Virus record (IMG/VR): IMGVR_UViG_3300036790_000204
Coordinates: 1-42,102 of that record
Length of the DNA: 42,102 nt
Strand: one strand, 5' to 3'
Source: a virus
Lineage: Duplodnaviria > Heunggongvirae > Uroviricota > Caudoviricetes
Part shown: positions 16,782-25,283 of the stretch, piece after piece
Layout: each line of letters opens with the position of its first letter
Numbering within the stretch: the stretch's first letter is position 1
Position numbers and translations under genes: made by a program
The notes under the pieces: generated by a model
Databases searched by the model: none
What the model saw: the letters and a program-made list of their open reading frames with translations, nothing else
What the model was told of the DNA's origin: nothing

Positions 16782-17968
16782 TAGATGACGCCCATGCGCC
16801 ACGCAAGGCCGCGAAGATCATTCCCCGGCGCCTGGTCAATCATGAACGCCACAAGATCCCGGATCAACGGCGAATTCCGCACCTGATCAGGGGAAAGCCG
16901 CTCAGCCGTCTTCAGCGCCCGCACGGCGTCCGAGTGCCTGCCGAGCATCGCATGCGCCCGGGCCGACTCGATCCGCAGCGCAGCCCGACGGTTGTTGCTC
17001 GCCAGCGCGCGCGGGTCGACCTTGTCGGCGTGCGCGAGCGCCTGCCCGGCGTTTCCGGCCTCCACCGCCAGCGACGCCAGCCACACCCGCGCGTTGGACG
17101 GCCCGGCAAGCTCCCACGCGTCGGCCCGGTCCTCCATCCGCGACGCGAGCCGCATCGCCTCGGCCCCCTGGTCGGCGGCCCCGTCATGGTCGCCCTGCAC
17201 CGCCCGCGCCAGAGCCGCCGATAGCCGCAGCATGACCAGCACCTCGAGCGCCATGCCCCCCTGCCCGGCGTGGGCGTCCATCCGATCGGCCGCCTGCGGC
17301 GTCGTCATCAGCGCCCGCGGCCGGTTCGCCGAGCTGCGCGCATGCGCTGCCCCGAACGCCGCCGCGCCCTCCCACACCGGGTCGCCGAGCAGCGCCGCGG
17401 CCTGCCTGCCCCGCTCGGCGGCCACCCACGCGAGATCAGGCTGGTTGGCGTACCGGAGGGTGATCACGGCGTTCGCCGTGGCCGGCACCAGCAGCCGCAG
17501 CGCCTCGTCCCGGCTCGACCCGCCGGACGCCGCGTGGACCTCGAGCTCGCCGATCAGGGTGGGCAGCAGAGGCAGCAGTGCATCCCAGTCCGAGACGCGC
17601 AGCGCGGCGTCGGCCTGGTCGTTCAGCTCCGCCAGCACGGCCACCGGGCGTGCGCCCATGTCCGGCGGGTCATCGGGCGCGGAGTCGAGCAGCGCCGACC
17701 GCAGCGGGTTCAGGTTCAGGGAACGGCGGCCGGCCTGAACTTCCGGAGCGGGCTCGCCGAGCAGCGCGTCGGCGGACACCTCGAGCGCGTCGGCCAGCGC
17801 CCCGATGTCGCTGCGCTTGTCCAGCGGCAGCCGGCCGTTCTCGATCTTGGACAGCCACCCCTTGGTGCGCCCGACGCGGCCCGCAGCTATCTCGAGGGAG
17901 AGCCCTTTCGCGCGCCTCGCTCTGCGCACTGCCATCCCTATGCGGCCGCGATCGCTGTTAGACTCCAC
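16781..17968 (-). CDS. XRE HTH regulator with large helical (TPR-like) C-terminal domain
   Basis: VRRARRAKGLSLEIAAGRVGRTKGWLSKIENGRLPLDKRS..LADALEV; helical repeats ending AERLSP. Confidence 0.88.
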   Translation of the reverse strand: MESNSDRGRIGMAVRRARRAKGLSLEIAAGRVGRTKGWLSKIENGRLPLDKRSDIGALADALEVSADALLGEPAPEVQAGRRSLNLNPLRSALLDSAPDDPPDMGARPVAVLAELNDQADAALRVSDWDALLPLLPTLIGELEVHAASGGSSRDEALRLLVPATANAVITLRYANQPDLAWVAAERGRQAAALLGDPVWEGAAAFGAAHARSSANRPRALMTTPQAADRMDAHAGQGGMALEVLVMLRLSAALARAVQGDHDGAADQGAEAMRLASRMEDRADAWELAGPSNARVWLASLAVEAGNAGQALAHADKVDPRALASNNRRAALRIESARAHAMLGRHSDAVRALKTAERLSPDQVRNSPLIRDLVAFMIDQAPGNDLRGLAWRMGVI

Positions 17969-18071
17969 GACAGAACCTCGCCTGTTGCTGGAAGACTCGA
18001 CATCTGCCAGCGTACGCGCGAGGTTCTGTCATGTGCGCTGTACGTGGTCAACGCGTTATGACAGCCAGCGG

Positions 18072-18332
18072 CTAGGCGTCGGCCTCGAATAGCACGTGCA
18101 TCCCGAGCTCGGTTCCGTCGGCGAGCGTCGCCGTCACCCGGTCGGCCAGTCCGCAGGCAAGGTGAGCGGGCGTCTCGTGCACGGTGACCTGTCTGACGTC
18201 GCAGCTCGCGGCGAGCGCCATGGCCAGCGCGTAGCCGGCAGAGCGACGCGGTGCGGGCTCGGGCAGCTCGCCGTCAAAAAGCGTGTTCACACCGCCACGA
18301 TAGGCGACACACCCGACATTCGCGGGCGTCAT
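18072..18332 (-). CDS. Hypothetical protein
   Basis: ATGA overlap at 18332. Confidence 0.55.
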   Translation of the reverse strand: MTPANVGCVAYRGGVNTLFDGELPEPAPRRSAGYALAMALAASCDVRQVTVHETPAHLACGLADRVTATLADGTELGMHVLFEADA

Positions 18333-18895
18333 TCGCCTGACGCGGCTTCCCCGATACCGGCGTCGGGCTTCCACGCCGGGCTGCAGTCGTCGTGGTCAGA
18401 CCAGATGCCGGCGAGATGCCGCAGCGCCAGCGGAGGCGCAGGCTCCGGGCGCTCGCCGTCCCCCCTCGGCCGCCGCCAGTACGACTCTTCGGTGTAGTCG
18501 AACCTTTCCCAGCCGTCGTTTCCGCGCGCGGTGTTGCGCTCCCAGCCGTCGCCGTCTGGCGCGTCGTCGGCGCCGTCCCACGCCTTGCGCTGGCCGGAGG
18601 TGGTCGCGTAGTCCCATGCCGGGTTGGCGCACCGAGCGTGCATCTGCTCGTCGGTTTCGGGCTCGCGCCCGGCCGGGGCGTGCATCGCGACGATCGCCCG
18701 CATGGCCTCGACCTCGCGCAGCACGCCGTGGCACGTGGCCTCGACATCCCGCCAGGAATGCCAGCCGGGGATCTCGCAGCCGAGGAAGCGCGGGCCTTTC
18801 AGGGCCGCGATCGTGTCCTGCGCGACGGCGAGAAGCTCGCGGGCACCGCGCTCCCGGTCATCCAGTCGCGCCGTCAAGAACTCGACGATCGTCAT
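18329..18895 (-). CDS. DUF6221-like protein, copy 2
   Basis: MTIVEFLTARL..LREVEAMRAIV..LRHLAGIWSDHDD. Confidence 0.78.
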   Translation of the reverse strand: MTIVEFLTARLDDRERGARELLAVAQDTIAALKGPRFLGCEIPGWHSWRDVEATCHGVLREVEAMRAIVAMHAPAGREPETDEQMHARCANPAWDYATTSGQRKAWDGADDAPDGDGWERNTARGNDGWERFDYTEESYWRRPRGDGERPEPAPPLALRHLAGIWSDHDDCSPAWKPDAGIGEAASGE

Positions 18896-19269
18896 GCGGG
18901 ATGCCCCGGCGGGTAGTCGGGGTGGTCGGACCACACTTCGGCGCGGTCCCAGATGCACGCCAGCACCATCGACGCCAGCGGCGGGAACAGGACTCGGTCG
19001 AGGAGCGTCTTCGGGTTTCGCAGGGTCTCGTAGCGGGCGATGATCGCGCGGTCGGCCTTGACCTCGCGGAGCGCCCGCTGGGGGTCGTTGAGGGCGATGT
19101 GGTCGGCGTCGGCCCCGCACGCGTTGGCCGCGCACGCGCCATCCCAGTGCGGGTCGTCGCACGTGATGATGATGTCGTCGCCCGTCGCGCGCCAGTCGCC
19201 GGGCGTCGCCGCCTCGGCCGCCGCCGCCCGCTCGTTCAAGCGCGCCGTCAGGAACTCGACGATCGTCAC
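18892..19269 (-). CDS. DUF6221-like protein, copy 1
   Basis: MTIVEFLTARL..HIALNDPQRALREVKADRAII..WSDHPDY. Confidence 0.8.
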   Translation of the reverse strand: MTIVEFLTARLNERAAAAEAATPGDWRATGDDIIITCDDPHWDGACAANACGADADHIALNDPQRALREVKADRAIIARYETLRNPKTLLDRVLFPPLASMVLACIWDRAEVWSDHPDYPPGHPA

Positions 19270-19273
19270 TGAT

Positions 19274-19795
19274 TCATCCTGTGCTCGGGTCGGGGGCGCC
19301 TTTCGCTGCCGCCGACACCGCGGTCACCCGCAGCGGGCCGAGTGCCGCCCGCGCCGCGATCGCCGCCACGGACAGCGCCGCGTCGGGCTCTGCGGATTCC
19401 ACTGTCACCCGGACCACGATGCTGCCGTGCACCCGCTCAGTTCTCGCGTCGCTGACCGCCGGGTGCCGCTTGGCCGCCGCCGGCAGGGCCGCGTCAACCC
19501 TGGCGGCCTCCTTGTCGGCCTCGCCGCCCTCCGGCAGCCGGGCGAAGAAGTCAGCGAGCCACAGACGCCGGGCCGGAACAGTCATGCCGCGGCGTGGCAC
19601 CGCCTCGAGGAGCCCCTCGCCGACGAGCTGCCGGAAAGCCTGCTGGACAGTGTGCTGGCTGACCCCCGTCTCGACGGCCAGCTCGGGGCCGGACGGGAAC
19701 CGCGCGCCGAGGATGTCGAAGTCGCCTGCCAGGATGCGGACGCGTAGCCAGTCCGCTACCTGCTCGTAGCCCGAGGCGCTTGTGGTGACTCTCAA
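19274..19795 (-). CDS. GntR-family regulator (KorA/KorSA-like)
   Basis: YEQVADWLRVRI..FPSGPELAVETGVSQHTVQQAFRQLVGEGLL; TTG at 19795 has a GGGAG RBS, ATG 19879 is an alternative. Confidence 0.85.
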   Translation of the reverse strand: MRVTTSASGYEQVADWLRVRILAGDFDILGARFPSGPELAVETGVSQHTVQQAFRQLVGEGLLEAVPRRGMTVPARRLWLADFFARLPEGGEADKEAARVDAALPAAAKRHPAVSDARTERVHGSIVVRVTVESAEPDAALSVAAIAARAALGPLRVTAVSAAAKGAPDPSTG

Positions 19796-19847
19796 CCGGC
19801 TCCCTTTCCCGCGCGCACCGCTGTTCCGGAACATCGTAGAGCCAGCG

Positions 19848-19937
19848 GCCTTAGAGGCTCTCTTTGAAGGGCTTGACATCGGCGTTTCCTCGGTTAGCCT
19901 AAGACTGCAAGATAAGCCTTAGCCACTAAGGCTAACC
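19848..19937 (+). promoter_or_regulatory. Rightward sigma70-type promoter overlapped by inverted-repeat operators
   Basis: TTGACA 19873-19878, 16-bp spacer, TAGCCT 19895-19900; GGTTAGCCT/AGGCTAACC inverted pair; GCCTTAG at 19848 and 19916, CTAAGGC at 19926. Confidence 0.7.
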
Positions 19938-19957
19938 CATCCCACGAAGGAGCGCCC

Positions 19958-20005
19958 ATGGGCAAGATCCTGATCGAGACCGTCCCCAAGCAGGGCGGCA
20001 AGTAG
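19958..20005 (+). CDS. 15-aa micropeptide MGKILIETVPKQGGK
   Basis: GAAGGAG RBS immediately upstream; all codons after ATG end in G/C. Confidence 0.5.
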   Translation: MGKILIETVPKQGGK

Positions 20006-20089
20006 CTCGCACGCAAGCAGGCCGCCACGGCGACCCAATCACCGTGACGGCCCTAGCACCCAAACCGAACCAGCCGATCGGGGCACCTG

Positions 20090-20197
20090 ATGATCACCGT
20101 AATCCGCAACGCGATCCGCGCCTACCGCTGCAGCAAGTGCGCCGGCACCTCCACCTACGCCGCCGTCTGCTGCGGCGAGCCGATGTCGGGGGGCTGA
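20090..20197 (+). CDS. 35-aa zinc-ribbon microprotein
   Basis: MITVIRNAIRAYRCSKCAGTSTYAAVCCGEPMSGG. Confidence 0.55.
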   Translation: MITVIRNAIRAYRCSKCAGTSTYAAVCCGEPMSGG

Positions 20198-20200
20198 GCG

Positions 20201-20596
20201 GTGAGCCACAACGACTGGCTTCAGGACTGCGAGCTTGCCGACCCGGACACGGCCGTCGTCGTCCACATCCACGACGGCCGCCCGTTCCGCCGGCTCACCG
20301 CTGCCTGCGGCGCGAGCCTCCCCGCCGAGGACGACAGCAACGCCCCCAGCCCCGACGCTCCCCTGTGCGTCCGCTGCGCAAAGGAATGCTGGCGGGCGGA
20401 AAGCCAGCCCCGCTGGACGCTGAGCCGCGCCGTGACCATCGTGGTCGTGGTCCTGCTCACTGCCGCCTCGGCTTACATCGGCTACCGCGTCGCCCAGTCG
20501 AGCGCCCCGGCCCCGGTCAACGTCCCCGCCTACTTCTGCCCCGCCGGCCAGCACGTGGCCAGCGTCTCGGGCGTCTGGCCGGTGTGCGCCCGATGA
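20201..20596 (+). CDS. Zinc-finger plus transmembrane protein
   Basis: H..ACG..LCVRC motif then TIVVVVLLTAASAYIGY helix. Confidence 0.65.
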   Translation: MSHNDWLQDCELADPDTAVVVHIHDGRPFRRLTAACGASLPAEDDSNAPSPDAPLCVRCAKECWRAESQPRWTLSRAVTIVVVVLLTAASAYIGYRVAQSSAPAPVNVPAYFCPAGQHVASVSGVWPVCAR

Positions 20597-21108
20597 ACCG
20601 CGCCGACCGCGCCAAGTGGAAGCGCGCCGAGACGATCGATGACCTTGCCGCGCTGGTGATCTCGTGGCTGAACGGGGACATCGAGCAGACCCCGAGCCAC
20701 ACCGGGGGACCGGAGACCGAGACCATCCCGCTTATCCCGGTGCTGACCCGCGCCAACCGCGCCGGGTTCCTCACCGAGATCAGCCAGCGCGCCGACGGCG
20801 ACGACGAGGCGTGGGTGGCCGGCTTCGCATCCGACGCCGCCCTGCTCGGCCTGCTGGCCGCGACCGCCGGGACGCCCCTGATCGTCGCCGCCTGCCGTGG
20901 CACGGTCCACGACTGCGACCGGGCCGGGATCTGGTGGTACTGCCCGTGGAAGGAAGTCGCGAACTTCTGGGCCGAGCGGTGCCCGCACGTCAAAGACGAG
21001 CTTTACGCCTGCTGGTACGTCACCGTCCGCGACCCCGAGCCGGGCCGCAACAACGTGCTGTGGCCAGCTCTCGAGGCGTTCGCCCTCGCTTCGCGGGTGA
21101 TCTCGTGA
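20593..21108 (+). CDS. DUF6919-like protein, copy 1
   Basis: WKRAETIDDLAALVISWLNGDI..NRAGFLTEISQ..AWVAGF..DPEPGRN. Confidence 0.72.
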   Translation: MNRADRAKWKRAETIDDLAALVISWLNGDIEQTPSHTGGPETETIPLIPVLTRANRAGFLTEISQRADGDDEAWVAGFASDAALLGLLAATAGTPLIVAACRGTVHDCDRAGIWWYCPWKEVANFWAERCPHVKDELYACWYVTVRDPEPGRNNVLWPALEAFALASRVIS

Positions 21109-21443
21109 CCGCCCCCGACCGGGACAACCTCGCCGAGTACGAGGTCGAGCTAGACGCCAAGCCCGTCACTGGCCTCTCGATCCTCAAGGGCGTGGCCTAC
21201 TTGATGCCGTCGACCTCGGCGCAGGCCGCTTTCTGCGAGGCGCTCGTCGAGTGCCGCGAGATCGCCCGGCGCAACCTCAAGGGCAGCCGCGCCTACCGCC
21301 AGATCTTCGGCGACGACGAGAGCGAGCCGATCGCCAAGTGCCACGAGACGCCCGGCGACGACGACCACGGGGCGACTAGCCGACTCGAAGCCGATGTGGC
21401 CCGGATGGTCCGCGAGGGCCGCAAGAACTGGAGCGACCAGTGA
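21105..21443 (+). CDS. Hypothetical protein
   Basis: GTGA-coupled at both ends. Confidence 0.65.
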   Translation: MTAPDRDNLAEYEVELDAKPVTGLSILKGVAYLMPSTSAQAAFCEALVECREIARRNLKGSRAYRQIFGDDESEPIAKCHETPGDDDHGATSRLEADVARMVREGRKNWSDQ

Positions 21444-21958
21444 CCGCCGACCTGACCCTCCCGGACCCGTGGGGTTCCGCGACAAGCCTCGACGACCTCG
21501 GCGACCTGATCGTCGCATGGCTCGACGGGCGCATCTGGAGCACCCCGGCCCTGCAGGGGCCCCCCGACCCCGAGATCATGCCTCTCGCCGACAGCCTCAG
21601 TGCCGCTGCCCGCTCCGGGCTGCTCGTCATCGGCGCCCGCGCCGCAGACGACCACGACGGCGCCTGGGCCGACGCCCTCGCCACAGACGAGACCGTCGCC
21701 CGCCTCCGCGCCGCAGCCGCCGGCACGCCCCTCGTCACGGCCGCCTGCCGCGGCGTCACCCACGAGTGCGGCCGCACCGGCTGGTGGTTCTGCCCGTGGA
21801 AAGAGCAGACCGACTGGTGGGCGTCCCGCTGCCCCCTCGTCTGGAAGCAGGTCTACGGCCTCTGGCACGTCAGCGTCTTCGACCCCGAAGGGTGCCGCAG
21901 CGGGCGCCTCGGGGCCGTCCTCGACTCGTTCGCCCTGGCATCGCGGGTGATCTCGTGA
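21440..21958 (+). CDS. DUF6919-like protein, copy 2
   Basis: Paralogous to 20593-21108 with identical FALASRVIS end. Confidence 0.7.
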   Translation: MTADLTLPDPWGSATSLDDLGDLIVAWLDGRIWSTPALQGPPDPEIMPLADSLSAAARSGLLVIGARAADDHDGAWADALATDETVARLRAAAAGTPLVTAACRGVTHECGRTGWWFCPWKEQTDWWASRCPLVWKQVYGLWHVSVFDPEGCRSGRLGAVLDSFALASRVIS

Positions 21959-22077
21959 TCACCCTCGACCTGCGCCCCGCGCGCGATGACCAGCCGGACG
22001 GCCCCCCGCGCGACGGGTGCATCCTCTGCGCCGCCGTTGCCGGCCCTGGCTGCCCGTACCACGGGAGCGCCCGATGA
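21955..22077 (+). CDS. 40-aa Cys/His microprotein
   Basis: GCILCAAVAGPGCPYH; coupled at both ends. Confidence 0.5.
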   Translation: MITLDLRPARDDQPDGPPRDGCILCAAVAGPGCPYHGSAR

Positions 22078-22358
22078 TCGCCGCCGTATCCGACATCCGC
22101 AACTGGCAGGCGCGCGGCCTCTGCTCCAAGCTCCCCGCCGCCGACCGGGTGTTCTTCGGGGCTGACGGCGAGTCGCCCGAGGATCAGGCAGCGCGGGAGG
22201 CGCAGGCCGTGCAGGTCTGCGACCGCTGTCCCGTGCAACTGCGCTGCGCCCTCTGGGCTCTCCGCACCGGCGCCGACTTCGGCGTCTACGGCGGCCTCAC
22301 CGAGAAAGAGCGCGCCGACATGAAGCGCGACGGAACCCGCAAGGAGGCTGCCGCATGA
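22074..22358 (+). CDS. whiB: WhiB-family Fe-S transcription regulator
   Basis: [31 protein letters not shown]. Confidence 0.92.
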   Translation: MIAAVSDIRNWQARGLCSKLPAADRVFFGADGESPEDQAAREAQAVQVCDRCPVQLRCALWALRTGADFGVYGGLTEKERADMKRDGTRKEAAA

Positions 22359-22588
22359 GCGCCCGCCTGCTCGCCGTCGCCCTGATCGCGGCCGCGTTCC
22401 TGCTCGGGCCGCATTTCGTCGCGGCGCTCGCCCTGTTCGCGTTCGCCGCCGTGACGCTCCTGTTCGTCCACATGGCCGCCCTGCTCACGGTCCTGACCAT
22501 CGGGACCACGGTCGGGCTGCTCTTGCTCATCGCCGGATCACTTCGGCGATCCGGGTTCCTGCTCGTCTCCAGGAGGCTCGCATGGTAA
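22355..22588 (+). CDS. Small multi-pass membrane protein (Spd-like position)
   Basis: Almost entirely hydrophobic; directly upstream of the translocase. Confidence 0.68.
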   Translation: MSARLLAVALIAAAFLLGPHFVAALALFAFAAVTLLFVHMAALLTVLTIGTTVGLLLLIAGSLRRSGFLLVSRRLAW

Positions 22589-25026
22589 ACCGCGACCGGG
22601 GTCGCGACCACGACCGCGACCGCGACCACGAGAACGTCGTCCCGATCCGGCCGGAGGACGACGACGACCTGCAGGTCATCGCCCCGGCCGACGACGACGA
22701 CGAGAGCGGGCCCATTAAGCTCGGCGGGGCAATCGAGCCGGCGCCCAAGCCGGCGCGCGACGAGCAGGCCGACGTGCCGCGCCGCGCCGAGATCATCCCC
22801 GCAGCGTTCAGCCGCGCCCAGTGGAAGCAGACCCTTACGGATTGGGCGCACGAAACCGGGTTCCGCGTCGCATTCCACGGCGTTCGCATCCCTTTCAAGT
22901 ACGTGCCCGGCTCTCTCTTTTACACCGTCCGCGGGGGCACCCGCCTCGGCCGCAGCTGGGGCACGTGGGTGTCGGCGCCGACTCTGAAACTCGCCGAGTC
23001 CGCCGCTGTGGTTAAAGGCAACGCCGGCCACGCGCAGATCCTGCAGGCTCACACGGAGGGCCGCAGAACCCGCAAGATGCGCTGGCAGATCACCGGCGGC
23101 GTGGCGCTCGCGGCCGGCGTCGCGGCGGCGGCGATCGCCGGCTGGACCCCGTGGGAGGTGCAGGACACCCTCGCCGCCGGTGCAGCCGGCGTAGTCGCCT
23201 ACCACGGGCGCCCGGTCGACGGGCCGCTCATCCCGCGCGCGGTGCTGCCGCCCGCCTACCAGGTGCCGACACCGGAGCTGATCCAGAAGGCGCTCGGGAC
23301 GGCCATACCCGCCATCGGGAAATACCTCGAGAGGAAAGGCCCCCTCGACAGGAAGAACACTCTCGACTGGGTGTCCGACGTCCACCGCGACGGCCCCGGG
23401 TGGGCGGTCGAGCTCGACCTGCCCGAGGGCGTGACGGCAAAGCAGGTCATCGCCAAGCGCCCCGAGCTGTCGTCGCTGCTGCGCCGGCCGCTGTCGGCCG
23501 TGTGGCCCGAAGGCGTTCCCGGCGAGCACGAGGGGCGCCTGTACCTGTGGATCGGCCGCCACGACATGTCGAAGATGAAGGCGCCGCCGTACCCGTTCCT
23601 CAAGGGCGGCACGTTCGACTACTTCCAGCCGGGCCCGTTCGCTTTCACCCCCCGCGGCGTCCCGGTCCTCGAGAAGCTGTTCGGCAAGAACTGGCTGATC
23701 GGCGGGGCACCCGGCAACGGGAAGACATCCGCGGTGCGGGTGCTCGCGTGCAACGCCGCGCTCGACCCGACCTGCGAGATCTGGGTTCACGAGCTGCTCG
23801 GCAAGGGCGACCTTGACCCGTTCGGCCTGGTCGCCCACCGGTACTGCTCGGGACTCGACCGGGAGTCGCTCACCTACGCGGCGCAGTCGCTGGAACTGCT
23901 GGTCAAAGAAGTCGACCGGCGCACCGGCATCCTCAAGAAAATCCCGCTGGTCGAGCGCCCCGACGGGTCCATCACCCGGGAGATCGCCGCCAAGTACGGG
24001 CTTAACCCGCTGGCGGCGATCTTCGACGAGATCCACAACGTGTTCCTCGACGAGGAACTCGGCCCCAAGGCCAAAAAGCACATCAGTCACCTCATCAGGT
24101 CGGCCCGGGCACTCGGCATCACGATCATCGCCGCGACCCAGCGACCCGATAAAGACTCGATCCCGACCAACATGTCGGGCATCGTCACGACCCGGTTCTG
24201 CCTGAAGGTGCCGGACTGGCTGAGCAACGACATGATCCTCGGCACCGGCAGCAACAACGCCGGCTTCTCGTCGGTCGCGTTCAGGCAGGAGACCGACGCC
24301 GGCCTCGGCTGGCTCAAGGGCACCGCCGACCCGATGCCCGTCAAGACCTACAACCTCAAGCTCACCCACACCCACAAGATCTGCGTCCGCGCCCGCGCGC
24401 TGCGGGAAGCGGCCGGAACGCTGTCGGGGTACGCGCTCGGCGAGGACGACAGCACCAGGTCGCTGCTCGACGACACGCTCGGAGTGTTCGCCCCGGCCGA
24501 AGCCTTCCTGTACCGGGAGACGATCGCCACCCGCCTCGCGCAGCGCTATCCCGGCACCTACGCCGGCCTCACAGCCGACGCGCTGTCATCCGACGTGCGG
24601 GCGCTCACCGGCCGCGGCATGGACGACGGCCGCGAACCCGGCGGGAACACCCTCAAGGGCATCAAGCGCACCACGATTCAGGACGCGATCGACAATGGCC
24701 CGGCGACCGCCGAACCCCCGGACGAGCCGGCCGCCGACGACCAGACAGCACCCGAGTCGGCACCGGCGGACGACCCCGCTGCGATGGGCCCGCTCGAGCA
24801 GCTGCTCTACGCGGCCGAGCTGGTCATCATCCCGCAGCACGGCTCGACTCAGATGCTCGGCCGCAAAATGCGCGTCGACCGCGCCCGCGCCGGCGAGCTG
24901 ATGGACGAGCTCGAGCACTGCGGCGTCGTCGGACCCGATAAGGGAGCGAAGGCGCGCGAGGTGCGCAAAAAGCCGGCCGAGCTCAAGCAGGTTCTCGCCG
25001 AGATCCGGGAGACCGTCGATGCCTAG
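22582..25026 (+). CDS. traB: FtsK/SpoIIIE-family TraB-like conjugative DNA translocase
   Basis: N-terminal hydrophobic segment; Walker [10 protein letters not shown], Walker B IFDEIH, ATQRP motif; C-terminal winged-helix and FtsK-gamma-like domain. Confidence 0.88.
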   Translation: MVNRDRGRDHDRDRDHENVVPIRPEDDDDLQVIAPADDDDESGPIKLGGAIEPAPKPARDEQADVPRRAEIIPAAFSRAQWKQTLTDWAHETGFRVAFHGVRIPFKYVPGSLFYTVRGGTRLGRSWGTWVSAPTLKLAESAAVVKGNAGHAQILQAHTEGRRTRKMRWQITGGVALAAGVAAAAIAGWTPWEVQDTLAAGAAGVVAYHGRPVDGPLIPRAVLPPAYQVPTPELIQKALGTAIPAIGKYLERKGPLDRKNTLDWVSDVHRDGPGWAVELDLPEGVTAKQVIAKRPELSSLLRRPLSAVWPEGVPGEHEGRLYLWIGRHDMSKMKAPPYPFLKGGTFDYFQPGPFAFTPRGVPVLEKLFGKNWLIGGAPGNGKTSAVRVLACNAALDPTCEIWVHELLGKGDLDPFGLVAHRYCSGLDRESLTYAAQSLELLVKEVDRRTGILKKIPLVERPDGSITREIAAKYGLNPLAAIFDEIHNVFLDEELGPKAKKHISHLIRSARALGITIIAATQRPDKDSIPTNMSGIVTTRFCLKVPDWLSNDMILGTGSNNAGFSSVAFRQETDAGLGWLKGTADPMPVKTYNLKLTHTHKICVRARALREAAGTLSGYALGEDDSTRSLLDDTLGVFAPAEAFLYRETIATRLAQRYPGTYAGLTADALSSDVRALTGRGMDDGREPGGNTLKGIKRTTIQDAIDNGPATAEPPDEPAADDQTAPESAPADDPAAMGPLEQLLYAAELVIIPQHGSTQMLGRKMRVDRARAGELMDELEHCGVVGPDKGAKAREVRKKPAELKQVLAEIRETVDA

Positions 25027-25072
25027 GACAACGGGATGCCCCACGGGAACGGATGTGGTTTGGGCGCTGAGG

Positions 25073-25210
25073 CCGCAACAATCTGTTGCGCCAGCGCAAC
25101 ACGCGCTGACCTGCGAAAACACGAATCCGCGCAACAAACCGCGTCCTCGGCTAGGGGTGCGCAACACACTCCGCAACACGCTGACCTGCGGAAACACGGC
25201 CTGCGCAACA
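25073..25210 (+). repeat. Putative clt (cis-acting locus of transfer) octamer array
   Basis: GCGCAACA at 25094, 25129, 25159, 25203; CCGCAACA at 25073, 25171; inverted TGTTGCG at 25084; GCTGACCTGCGRAAACACG-like motif at about 25105 and 25180. Confidence 0.75.
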
Positions 25211-25283
25211 ATCCGGCTCGACGGGGCCCCGATCAGGGCCGAAACCCGCGCCCTAGGGCCATGCACCGGAAGAGGGGGGCTTT

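Noticed and set aside
22297-24375. 692-aa minus-strand ORF
   Set aside because: Antisense shadow of traB
25073-25210. Repeat array as a CRISPR
   Set aside because: Repeats are 8 bp with irregular short spacing, there are no 30-40 bp unique spacers and no cas genes
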